In this document: positions 11,290-23,292 of the stretch, one piece after another
Numbering within the stretch: the stretch's first letter is position 1
Layout: each line of letters starts with the position of its first letter
Origin: Vermamoeba vermiformis
Lineage: Eukaryota
DNA length: 64,000 nucleotides
Assembly: GCA_045837725.1 (NCBI GenBank)
Contig: JBEWZL010000239.1
Span: 372,001-436,000 of the forward strand
Direction of reading: 5' to 3'
Made by a program: the position numbers and the translations under genes
Notes under the pieces: model-generated
The model's database searches: none
What the model saw: only the letters and a program-made list of their open reading frames with translations
Told to the model about the DNA's origin: nothing

Positions 11290-13829
11290 TTATCCAACCA
11301 ACAAGATACACGAAGCAATAGTTATTGCAACAAACCAAAATGCAGCATGGGAGGCAGTGCTGGTAACAGATCCGTCAGGTGAGCGAGAGGAAGGGTTTGC
11401 AGGTGTTTCGGGATTAGAAATGGCAAGTTGATTGCCGTCCCAAGTGCCTATTGTTTCGCCGATATTGAACGACCACGTGTTATCAAGATGATTAAGCTGC
11501 GGTTCATTTCCCGTGCAGTCAGGATCCAACAACACAACAAATGTGACTGAAGTGAGATTGGTGTTGATTTTGAACTGTCCATGTGCTTGATTAGGCAAGT
11601 TGACTGGAACAGCGAACTGATCTGTTTGAGTGAAGGTGTAGTCAGACGACGTGTACAGCATCTTGATGCACAACGATGCATTGCCATCACTTGACTTGAC
11701 AGTCGATGGTGAGACAACAGTGAAGTTTTTGAATGCATGCAAGTTCCATTCGAAGCCACGAGGAGAGTTGGCATCAAATTGGTCGAAGATCACAAACTGA
11801 TTGCTAGCGCGGAAGTAAACAATGGAGCGAATGGCGCGTGTTAACTGAAGCGCTGGGTTTGTTACACCGTAGTTGTATGCGACCAAAGCATCTCCAGTGA
11901 CGAAATCAAACTCGTTTGAGTGGCCGAATTGCGTGATGTTGCCTGTCGCCGAGATCTGATTGATCGTTTGCCCTACGCCTCCGTCCATTGTCACGCCACC
12001 ACTCTTAGATCGCGTGGTCTTCGTCCAGCCGTAGTGATGCGCAGATCCATAGTAATCGTAGTAACCGCTGTTGATGAGTAACGCTTTGCCTTTGTGTGCA
12101 AATGTGAAGCACAGCTGATCCGCGTAGTTGTGATTGTATGAGCCGAATCTGCCTGAGCGGAAGAACAGCGACGTGCGTTGATTGTCGGCGAGAGAGCTGT
12201 GGAATGACGCCCAGCCAATCGGTGCCAAGTGGATGGCATTGGGGTAGTTGCCTGTCAGCGGTTGAGGCGAGTTGAACTCGCGACTCCAAATAACATCGTT
12301 GTAGCGTGAGTCGACAAAGCCTTTGTAAGTGAGGGCATTACAGTACCAGTTATAAAGATCCTGATACTCCATGGTCGGAGATTCATCAAGAAGTGGACTA
12401 ACAACGTTGAGACAGACCATAGGTTGATATCCTCGCATATCTTGCTGCCCACTGTCACCAAAGCCAAGACCGCCTGATGCTGCGCCTGGAGGGGAGAAGT
12501 AGATGAATTGCAAGGGCCACTCGCGCACCCACTGCTTCTGATACAGACTCACGCCAGTGCTCCACTTCAAGAAGTTGAAGCGAGACGGAGCACTTGTCAC
12601 GTCAAAGTAGTTGTAGCCCATGCCATTGCCGAAGCCTCCTTCGTGCTCACCCCAGGTGCTGTACATGTTTAAGAACATCGGAATACTTGCTGCCCATGCG
12701 TCCGCTTCAGGAATCAGTCCTAGCATTGCCGCGCTAGCACTGGCGATGAAGCCAAGAGTGTTGGCACCATGAGAGTCGAACGGTGCTGTCATTAATTGAG
12801 TGAAGACACCTCCGTTCTCGTACACCTGTTCGGTTCTGTTCTTGATGTTTGCCAAGATTCTATTGCGATCAGTTACGGTGAAGTTGTTGTAGATCAAATC
12901 AAGAGTTTGAGCCAGCGATAGTAAGATGGCTCTGTTAGCTTGATCTTGCGAGGCATTGCTTGTAGCTCCTGCTGGATCCGCGTCCAAAAGTGCAAATGTT
13001 CTTCGCTTGAGCTCGTTGACGTAGATTGCGTTTGAAGAGTTGTACCAAAGAGCGTAGATGCAGTTTGAAATGTAAAGGACTTGCGGACTCGTGAAGTCAT
13101 TCATGACGCTTGATAGGTACGCGGCCCATTCAGGAGAGCCGGGAGGAAAGTCACTGGCAGTCTTGTTCGGTGCAACAGGAAGTGTTTCTCCGAGCCGTCT
13201 GTTCAGGTACGGAATTACTACTGTATTCAATTGCTTGACGAATGATTGACCAGCAGATGAAGCCAAGAAAGCTGTCTTCGCATCGCCCTTCATCAACAGT
13301 CGTGGATGATCGGAGTTTTTTGCCGTTGTGATAACGTCAGTTGGCACGATAAATGTAGTGGCATCGGATGCGACCAAGAACGAGCGCACATCACTGTCAT
13401 TTGACGTGCCCTTGACAGAGTCCATCAAAGTCACTCTCCAAAAGTAGGTCGTGTCCACGGGTAAGGCAAGCGGCACGTTGTAAAAGCAGTTCGTCGTGGT
13501 GTAACTCCAGTCAGGTTGACGATCAGCGGTTGAGTTGGCCCAGATCGACAATTTAAACGATTTGCCGTTGCCAAGAAATCCTTGAGCAGTCCACCAAAAT
13601 GAGGGCGGATTAGATTTAATAATTGCATCATCTGGCGGAACGATCCGAACGTAAAGCAAGTCATGATTCGTTAAAAAATCTAACAATTGACGTTAGAAAG
13701 GGAAAATAATTATTGATGAATAGAGGCGCAAACATTTCATTAATTGTTTGCATTAAGTTAAATACCTCCATGAACAAAATTCGATGCGATGGCCAGCAGG
13801 ATGGCAATAAAACACAACGACAGTTTCAT
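11290..13829 (-). CDS. Secreted, probably GPI-anchored heparinase II/III-like (DUF4962-type) polysaccharide lyase
   Basis: Exon 1 encodes a signal peptide (MKLSLCFIAILLAIASNFVHG). One intron (13680-13765) precedes a ~2.4-kb exon. Motifs HPRLL, FDSHG, WGEHEGGFGNGMGY, GFGDSG, GSYNHNYADQ and LLINSGYYDYYGSAHHYGW. Ser/Pro linker and hydrophobic C-terminal tail. Confidence 0.8.
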
Positions 13830-14148
13830 TGCGTATGATAGTTTGTCGCCTCACTATAAGCGAGAAATTAGTCAGTTTGGATAACCGGTTAATACTTGCA
13901 TTAAGGTAACTTACGGTTGATTGTTTGGTGGCAGATTGAGTGATTCTTTTTAATTAAAAAGGTACTCTGGACTGCACATTTGTCCTCATTTGAGATTTTG
14001 TAATGATGAGGCGAAATTTCTCCAGCAGTAATTTCGAAGTTAATTTAGTCGTTGCGATTTTACTGATCGGATCCAGTTTATCTATAATTACAATAGGGCA
14101 AGTTAAAAAGGATTGAGTAAAGTAAGAGTTATTATTGAATACATACTT

Positions 14149-14414
14149 TGGTATTCGCATCTGTTTGCCAATTAAACCAAGTTTTTTGTGCATCCGTACG
14201 CGTGCTGATAATTTCTTTGCGGGATTGCTTTTTCTGTTTCCTATCTCTGTAATACTAAGTGCTACTACGATTTCTAATGTCTTCGCAGGTCATTGCCAAA
14301 TAAGGAAAGAGGCGTTGTTGCCCACATCACACATCCAGCATTTGTGTTTTGTTCTTTCTATAATAGCTTATGCTGTTTAATATACTTCTGTAAGTTGTCT
14401 AATGGTCTATCGAC
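14149..14414. repeat. Direct repeat copy B (266 bp, diverged), matching 16764-17029
   Basis: Shared blocks include tggtattcgcatctgtt, ctaagtgctactacgat, cattgccaaataaggaaagagg and atatacttctgtaagttgtctaat. Confidence 0.92.
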
Positions 14415-16608
14415 GTAGTTAGAATAGTTATTCTTCATATTCTTTAGTATTGTAACGCATTGATGGCCGGTTGGTCGGTTAGTCGGATCTGTTCTGCAGC
14501 ACGCGACAATGAACTTCTGAAGCGGTAGGTCGTCAATCTTGGATTTAATTTTTGTTACGCGATCTTCTTCAGCGAATATAATAGGCAATGTACTAGCCGT
14601 TATCATCTGGTACACAAGTGCGCCAAACCTACAGCAAGCTTATAATTAGAATCTGGAGTGACACGTGTCAAGCGAGACGTACGAATACACGTCGGCCTTC
14701 TCGCTGTAAGGAATGTTTTGCAGCATCTCGGGTGCCATGAAACCGAGAGTGCCTATGACTTTGGTACCGCGAGATTCGCTTTGGCACTGTGCGTCAAAAA
14801 TCTCGCGGTACCAAAGTCAGATAACTTGGCACGCTTGTTATTGCCATAAAGCTAAAACAACATGTTAGAAAGATCTTCGTATAATCATTACTCGTCCTTA
14901 CTAAGACATTAGCACTCTTCAAATCTCGATGAATGATCTTTCGTTGGTGTAGGTAACGCAGTCCTTTAGCCACGTCCAGTGCAATTCTAATAACTTCAGA
15001 TTTTGACAGTGACGCCCTCCCACGCGGTACTTGTCCTAATAGTTCTTCAAGAGAACCGTTTTGCATGTCTCCATCACTAACATAGTCTCTTTTGAGTTCG
15101 GATCCGTCGTGACACCGACAAATGATACGATGTGCTTGTGTTGCAAACGGCTGTAATGTAACATTAGACTTATTTACGAGTTAAAAACAATAAGGTACTA
15201 ACACTAACGCCTTTGCCTCGGTGAGTACTTGTTCGTTGTTGATGGCCGACTTGAACTTTTTGATGGCGACCTTTTGACCGCACCAGTCGGCCAGATAAAT
15301 GACGCCGAAGTTTCCTTCGCCGATGATTTCTATTAACTTGAGCTCTTCAAATGAAATCTGCAGTACGACTGCAAAAAGAATTAATCTAGCGTCGCATGAG
15401 TGTCACAAAACGGATGGCCTTACCTGGCTCCACAATTCCAAAAGTGGTCAATTCATCCGATCTTAGCCGCATAACATCGTATTTATCCTCTACCTTGCTA
15501 CCACTGGTCATAATTGACACAATGTTATCGATTGGTACGTCCCATGTCGCCGCTATGTTCCTCATAAGCACGTGCCACGGATCACTGTTCTCTTCTCCTT
15601 CAAAGTGTAATGCCACTGGTCTCGTAGTGTTGTCGTTGAGACATCGAACTTGGTGCACACGTGATTTGAGCGAGAGGTCGGCGTCAAGGGCTAGTGAGTT
15701 TCGAAGCAAAAACACGTCCGTAATGGCGTACTCGCCGTTGTAGCCGACGCACCAATTGTTTCTGTGTAATTGAGTCGCTGCAAGACAGTTCAGGAATATT
15801 ACTGTATAGTGCCCAGGGCGCAGTGGACGATTTGATTGCCACCGAACAAATTGACGAGTCTTTGGAGCGTTGCTAACTATGGTGTATGTGCCGATTATAG
15901 GCAAGTGATCGTGAGATCTAACGACCTAAATGATGCTCGTGAATTAGTTTAGTTTGATTTTCACTGAGCGAATTCGGCGAGAAATTTTACCCTTACAAAT
16001 TCGTTGATGAAAATCAGATCCGCTTCCAACATCTCGTGCGAGTCATTTACTAATGGAATATCGATATAAGCATCGCGTCCTGGTCCTTTGTATTGCAGTT
16101 CAATGAATTGGCATTTGTAGCTTCGCTCGAAGACGTAATACGAAGGATTTTTCGCTCTTCGCTTTTCACAAGCATCTTTAAGGTCTTGATAAGTTGCAAC
16201 TAATTGACGCGAATAAGATTCAGAGATTTTGACCAGTTGAGTAGGCAAGATCTATTTTAGTAAGTAATCAGATTGATCAAAAATTCTTTCTCATTTTCTT
16301 ACGTACGTTCTTAATATTCAAGAAGCCCTTGTAGTCTGGTTTCTTGACGTGTATGCACGATACAGTAGCATATGGAGGTACGACTAGTTGCTCGGTATCG
16401 TCTAATTTTTTTTCTTTGTAAATCCACTGACAATCTGAATTTTTGTTAGTTTTACTAACGTCTCTAATATAGTACGTGACACCTTACTCTTTGTATTAAG
16501 ACTGTGGTCGAATAGGACTTGTTTAGCGCGACCGACTGTTTTGATGGACGGATGCACCCTTACAGCTACCACATCTGCACCTAGAGCCAGGTAAAAAGTC
16601 TTTTCCAT
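14358..16608 (-). pseudogene. Divergent UBL + unnamed domain + beta-grasp-like + TKL kinase with two frameshifts (family copy 3)
   Basis: Same core motifs ([29 protein letters not shown]) and kinase introns at positions equivalent to copy 2. Kinase has GEGNFG, VAIK, HRDLKSAN, DFG and MAPE, but there is a 1-nt deletion at 15068/15069 and a ~14-nt insertion near 14763-14776. Confidence 0.75.
14756..14819. repeat. Perfect 21-bp inverted repeat with 22-nt spacer inside the copy 3 kinase activation segment
   Basis: tgactttggtaccgcgagatt (14756-14776) is the exact reverse complement of aatctcgcggtaccaaagtca (14799-14819). Confidence 0.95.
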
Positions 16609-16763
16609 TGCAGCGCACTATTTAATTAGAAATTCGCCTCGAATTGTGGTCTTCCAAGTGATTAAGACGTTTTTATGCATCGAAATCAACAATATTTCCT
16701 TTTTTGTCCAATACGCAGGAGAACCATGTATAATTACCATAGGAGTATATTTGAATTATGCTA

Positions 16764-17029
16764 TGGTATTCGCATCTGTTCTCCAACTAAACCAAGTTGT
16801 TGTGCATCCGGTACGCTGAAATTTCTTTGCGGGGAATGCTTTTTCTGTTTCCAACTATCGCTCTGTAATGCTAAGTGCTACTACGATGTCTAATGCCTTC
16901 GCAGGCCATTGCCAAATAAGGAAAGAGGGGTTGCTGACCACATCAGCGCTGCCAATTTGTGTTGTTGATCTTCTATAATAGCTTGTGCTGTTTCATATAC
17001 TTCTGTAAGTTGTCTAATACTCTATCGAC
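16764..17029. repeat. Direct repeat copy A (last codons and 3' flank of the K+ channel gene)
   Basis: Aligns by eye with 14149-14414 and encodes [18 protein letters not shown] on the minus strand. Confidence 0.92.
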
Positions 17030-18460
17030 ATCTTCTTGCTCTTCTTGCGCAGTTTTGACGAGTTCTACTGCCGCATTTAGTTTTTGCCGGATGTCCTCGC
17101 GCATGGATAGTAACTGCTTGATATTCTCGTATAAATCGATTTTCTTCATCTTCTCGACGTCTGATAACTCTTCTATTTTCTTCTTATCTTGCATTTGCTT
17201 GTATTCTCTCAATGCTATCAAGAACTAAAAAAAACCACATCCGTTACAAAAAATTCGTAGCGAGTTCTGGTTAGTAGGACGTACATTACTCGAGAAAATA
17301 GACAACGGAAATGTCAATACGATAAGACCGATGAACATGCCAACGACTGTAATTGCTTTTCCAGTCGGCGACTCTAAACGCATCCAAAATTAATTAGCGA
17401 ATTGGAAATAAGTAGAATAGCGGTTATAATTATAATAACTTACGAGGTACGACATCTCCATAGCCAGTAGTAGTCATAGTAACAATTGTAAACCAAAAAG
17501 TTGTCGGTACGCTTTGAAACGGTGACGTAGATCTGTTCAAATGCATTTTAAGCAAGGGTAAAGCTAGTGGTAGTATTGTCTAATATATACCCATCAGCAT
17601 CGCGAGTCCATACGTGGGCGTCTTTATCAAATGTTTGAACTGTTTGTTCAGCGAAAAAGACAGCAGATGCAACGACCACTAGGGCAATAGGAAGGCCTAA
17701 AAATAGAAGCAACATTGCTTGAGCACTCTTCTTTAAGGCTAAAACAGCGACTGGTAACCTATAATATTTTTTGTAAGGTACATCTGGAAATCGAAAATTC
17801 AACCTGCTTACATTTTTGCGTATTTGGCCATTTTAACGGTTCTAAACACTCTAAGTACCCTCATTATACGCAAGGGTATGATAACGTTGTTTAAATTGGG
17901 CGTTGAGTAGATCAGTATTATCTCTGACAGTTAAATTAATTCATGAATTTAATGAAACGTTCGTTGTTATTTACGTACCAATATAGAACGGCAAGAATGA
18001 TAAGAGATCACATATATTAAAAAATTTAACCATCCAGCGCCACCAAACGATATTTCGCACCGCGAAGCGAAGGATGTAATCTGCGGTGAAAAATGCTGTC
18101 GATGCACAATCCAACGCCTAGTATATTTAATAAGAATAAATTTAAATATGACGGGAGGATACTTACAAATAGTACCTGGTTGTTTGTCAACCAGAATTGC
18201 GGATCCGTTATTATTAAATATGTGACCGTTGACATAATCATAAAAGCAATATTAATCACTTGGTATGATATCGCAGCTCTAGGAATAATATTAATAATTA
18301 AAATAATTAAAATGTTTACTAACCTCGAATGACCTGGATCTTCTAAAAACAATCGAATCTTCTCTTTTTGCGTCAATCTCGCAGCAGTAGTTTGGGAGAG
18401 GTATCTGCTACTTTTGTTAATGCCTACGGGCTCCCTAATAGGCAGGTCCACCTCTCCCAT
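16973..18460 (-). CDS. Voltage-gated (6TM, Kv/Shaker-like) potassium channel; may be fused to the upstream ankyrin gene
   Basis: Pre-S1 [10 protein letters not shown]4 [19 protein letters not shown], pore [28 protein letters not shown]6 [23 protein letters not shown], and a C-terminal coiled-coil-like tail. No T1 domain seen. Confidence 0.92.
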
Positions 18461-18565
18461 TGTGGTTAGTGGCAATAAGATTGCATAAAACTAAACCAAA
18501 CAAAAATTGTCGTTAAACTAATCCGAGCTTTAATTTTAACCGAAACTCTAATAGTTGGAATATAT

Positions 18566-21500
18566 TTACACATCATTATGACGATTTATAACGACAATAT
18601 CGTCCATGGCGGCTCTAATGTCCTCCGTTGCCTTTGAAATTTCATCGACATCACCTGCGAGACAGTAATTAGTAACGATATGGATAATAATAATTAAACT
18701 ATACTTACTGAGCGATTTTTGTGTTTTCAGTGATATTTTCAAAAGTTCATCTCGCTCGGAGGAACCGCCGCCTGCGTTCCAAATTATTGGCGCCAGATCT
18801 CGCGGTGTATAATTTTTGTTATCTTTGATATCGATATTTCCACCGCCTATATTATATATTAGTTTAGAATATGAAGTTGAAAATGAACTTACGTCGTAAC
18901 AACAGTTTTGCAAGTTTGATGATTTCAGCCTCTTGACCATCGTCATTGCTGAGGTAGTACAACGATACGTAGTGCAATAATGTCTGACCTGAACGATGGT
19001 TTCGAACATTATAGTCGAGCTCTATTATAGGAAAAGTATCTAATACTTCAAAGAACTCTAGTAACATGTCCTAAAGATTGAAAAGTTAGGGTCTTGCACG
19101 GGTCAAAAATGAATGAAATTTTTCTTACCGTAGATCTTTTCGAGGTAAATAACAACATTAATGGCGTTTCTCCGTCTCTATTCATTGTATGTAAGAGTTC
19201 TTTGTTGGCCAAAGCAAATGGAATAAAACTTTTGGGCTTGTAGTAGCTAGAGTCTCGCGCCAGCAAATGCAAGTATGTGTCTCCATGATCATTTTTAATA
19301 GTAGCATCGAATCCTGTAAATATTAATAACGAGTCATACGTAAGTTATTGCACCTTACCTTTGTGAGTGAACAAGATCCGCAAGTTGTCGTACGACATCT
19401 GCTGTTCATTGATGAACATCATGACTGGAGTCTCGCCCTTGTTGTTTCTAATATTGATATCTGCACCAAGCGATAAATATGAAAACAAATACCTAGTGAA
19501 ATATAACGTTAAAATACAACCTTAAAAATTCGAAGAATTAATTTGACTTACGTTTGTGCTGCCTGACTGTCAGGATTCAGCGCGACAGTATGCAATGGAG
19601 TATTTCCATATATGTCCTTATCGTTGATAAGATGTTTAGCGACTAAACCCTGGATCTTATTGTGCAGCGCAGTTCTGGATCCAGTGTTCGGAAGTAAGGC
19701 CATCTGTAGCGAATCGATGAGCTACGATTTCCATATATAGAAACAAGTGTACTTACGAAGTGAAGTATATTCCTATTTTGGGCATCTTGGAAGTTGACAA
19801 TCGATTGTGAGTGTTCCACTAGCATCGTCAACATGTCGTCAATGTCTCGTGCCGTCTTTTGATGCAAAACACTGTAGAACAATTCATCGCTAATAAAACG
19901 ATAATTATTAGTCGTATGATAACATTAATTAGCTATTTGACATACTTTGCATGGCCGTATATGAAACTATACTTCATTCCGTAAGTTGATTGTAAGCTGT
20001 CAATGGCCCACCACGGATAGCTCAGTCGTATATCGCTACAGGAAAATTAATATGTTTTCGAAGAATTTCAACGCTTTCGTATTGGACTTACTTTACGACC
20101 ATTTGAATTGGTATCATTTTCTCGTACGACTTGTCCACGTGATACGTTTGTTTCTGCATCAACGCATATAATATGCCTAAGCAATATTATTAGTATAATT
20201 TAAAGGCATTGGTACGGGTAAACGTACAGTTGCCCGGATCTGCACCAAGGGCGAGAAAAGTTTCTGCGGTTGTCTTCAGATTATAATAAATCGCTAACAT
20301 TAACGGAGTTTGTCCCGAAGAATTTCTGTAATGCAATAGGTTAGTATTATAAGGCACAAAATAATATTTTTACGGCGCGTCGTACTTCAAATTGATATCG
20401 GCGTTATGCTGCACCATTGAGTTAATTAGGCCAAGTAAGGTCGTTGATACTGGCGAGAATTTGGCTAAATGATGTAAGGAGCCGTAGCCTAGGATCTAAA
20501 AATAGCATCTTAGTGAGATTTCTATATTTAGTAATAGCCTTACGTTGTCTTGATGATTGGTGTCAACGTTATATTCGAGCAACAGTTCGATCAGTTTAGA
20601 ATTCAATCCTGTGGCAGCAGCAGACTCATATTGATTGACAATAAAGTCTTGCACTGCTGCAAGTAACGGAGATAAGTTGCGTTCGTCTTTGGCGTTCGGA
20701 TCTGCTCCGGCTTCCAAAAGAATTTTTGCAATGTTTTTGTTGCCTTTCATGCACGCGGCAATAAGTGGGGTTTGGCCCGTCACATCTTTTAAATCAACAT
20801 TTGCCTGCTTTTCGACTAAGGAGTGTATTCTACTGAGGTTGCTAATGTGACTGGATCTGCAAAGTAACATGATCGGAGTTTCTCCGAGCAAATTCTGAGA
20901 ATTGACATCGAGCTCGTTGCATTGCATTAGTGACATGAAGGTGTTAGTGGGGACAGGCTCTGGATCAAATAAAGTGAATTCTTCTTCTTCTCGGCTCGAA
21001 TGCGTTCGTTTTTTGTTCGCTTTTTGCGGGGTATCTTTTTTGCCCAACACAGCGTAATGTAGAGGAGTCCAGCCATATTTGTCAGGCCGGTTCAATAGTA
21101 CTTTCAAGTGATTATTGTCGTCCATGGCAAGGCAATGACTGATGATATGAAAAGTCGCACCAAAATGATCGTGTTTAGTCGCTAGCAATAACGCTGTTTC
21201 TTCGTTCGCGGTGATTTTGCACGGATCCGCTCCTCGTTCCAGAAATCTTCTTATCTATAAATAGGTTAGCTTCATGCAATACTTATCGACTTCAACTAAA
21301 CCTACCAGTTGTGACGGTCCTTTTTTTGCTATTAAGTAATGTATGGGTTGATAAATGTGATCGAGTTCATGTTGAACCTGCACTTCTTCGTACTCGAGCA
21401 ATTCTTCAATGACCGTTAATCGTGCAGCTGCTATTGCCAACTATAAATAGGTGTCAGATACTGCGTGCTAAAATGTATTAATTGTCACTTACGCTGAGTA

Positions 21501-23174
21501 ATGAACGGTTCTGGTTGTCTAAAATGTTCAGATCCGCGCCATTCTGTACGTGCAATGCGATGACTCGCTTCACAATCTCATTGCCCGCGTAGCCAAATAT
21601 ATAAGAGGATCGCATCACAAAGTACGCGAGAGGAATCCAACCTTTTGAGTCAACAATTGAGAACGATGCATTTGCCGACGCCAACAACTGAACCATGGCG
21701 TCACTTTGCGCGTAAAATAGCGGTGTATGTCCGTCCCTGTATAATAAAATATTAGTAAGAAATATTCAAGAGTGACGTCTACGTACTTATTAGGGATGTT
21801 TGGGTCAGCGCCGAGATCCAGTAATTCTTGGGCAATAGCGAGATAGTCCTTCTCAACAGCGGTATGTAGCGCAGTATTGCCCAAGAAAGGTATCGTTCCA
21901 CTCGAAGCCAAAAACGGAAATGTAGGATTGAACGGGTATATTCCTTCGTCGAGAGCTCCGTGTCTGAATGTTTCTCATTAGATCCGATCACACGTCAAAA
22001 AATGTTGATGCACTTACCTCGTATTTGGATTAATCCCGCACTCTTTAAGAAGAAATCTGATTAAATGAACGTCTCCGTGAATTACAGCTGCTTGAAGCAA
22101 CGTAAAATCACGCGAATACAGTTCTCCGTTCGTGATGAATGTTTTGATGCTTTGTAGCGTCGTCAATGAAAGATTGACAACATTCCTATTGTTGCCAAAT
22201 AAGGTTAAAAATCAATCATTGATCAAAAGTTTGTAGTACGTACTTTGACATCAAATTGTCAACTAACAACACGCCTTCAACTGGATTTGTGGCATTGTAC
22301 GCGAACAATATTTGCAGTTTTGGCATCTTATCTTTGATTTCAGTCATATTCACTGAATTAGGGTACATGTCTAAGGTGTGAATGTTCGGTAACGCTGGGA
22401 TGTTTGGAAACTGCAGATCTGACACTAACACTTTCAAACTCGGCAGCAACTTTAGTATCATTGTCGCAGTGCCAGCTGATAAAAGAGTGCAATATTTGAT
22501 ATTTAAGACTTCTAGTGGGACTAACTTCGTGCGCGAATCGAATTCTGTGCGAACTATTAGAATTGATAGAGAAAACTCATTCAGTATATTACCTGGAGGC
22601 TGTCTAACAGGTCCTTTCACGCCAAATAGACTCAATTTTCTTAACTTAGGAAATCTAGTAAATAAAGCTTCTAGCAGATCTCCTGTCTAAAAATACAATT
22701 AGTTTTTTAGATCTGATCCAGTTATCAAACTTACTTCTCGTGTAGTTACAACTGCATACGATAGGTCTAATGATTCGATATATACATGCAGTTTTGAGGT
22801 CAATAAGAATAATATGAACGGTTCTAATGTAATCGCTGTGCGTGAACTGCGTTGAGAAATAATTTTCCTTCGTTCGTGGAGGTAAAAACTCGTTTGACCG
22901 CTCTTAATACATGGTCTTTGTATTGATACATTACGCCATAATAGCGGTGATAAGTAGCATTTGTGATTTCTTTTAGATCCCTGAAAAAATATTTGGATCA
23001 ATTACAGGCTCATGGTACGGAACTGATCTTAGTAAAATAGGATAATATAGTAATTATATTAAATATTAAAATTATTGATAAATTTATTTGCGTGTTTACC
23101 TTCGCAAAAGAGATTCTATCAGGTAGTTCCAAATAAGATAAAACGCTTGTCCAAAGCTCAGCTGGTAAATCCAT
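18566..23174 (-). CDS. F-box + LRR + long ankyrin-repeat protein (multi-exon)
   Basis: Spliced N-terminus MDLPAELWTSVLSYLELPDRISFAK|GSKRNHKCYLSPLLWRNVSI fits an F-box. LRR-like IESLDLS, FPKLRKLSL and LPNIHTLDM. Many ankyrin motifs (GNTALHTAV, GWTPLHYAV, GETPIMLL, GQTPLIAAC, GQTLLHY). Not every internal junction was verified. Confidence 0.8.
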
Positions 23175-23292
23175 GGTACAATTGTGATTGTGTTGTACTA
23201 TCGATGAATATTATTCCTCATTTGTGGTTTGTTTAAGATTTGAAAACGGATTGAAAAGGCGAAGAAAAAGAAAAACGTGACTAAGCGCCAAT

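Noticed and set aside
11067-11318. 83-aa ORF between the lyase and family copy 2
   Set aside because: Non-ATG start overlapping the lyase stop and no motifs; probably UTR/intergenic.
14753-14767. Mini-intron (gtaccaaagtcatag) that might rescue the copy 3 frameshift
   Set aside because: Only 15 nt and a multiple of three, so removing it does not restore the frame.
14135-16893. Similar small + strand ORFs (14135-14380 and 16675-16893, both containing GIRIC)
   Set aside because: They overlie the direct repeats, and indels between the copies break the shared frame, so they are probably non-coding.
14149-17029. LTR retroelement interpretation of the direct repeats
   Set aside because: No gag/pol, PBS or TG...CA termini recognised; the repeat is the 3' end of a host gene.
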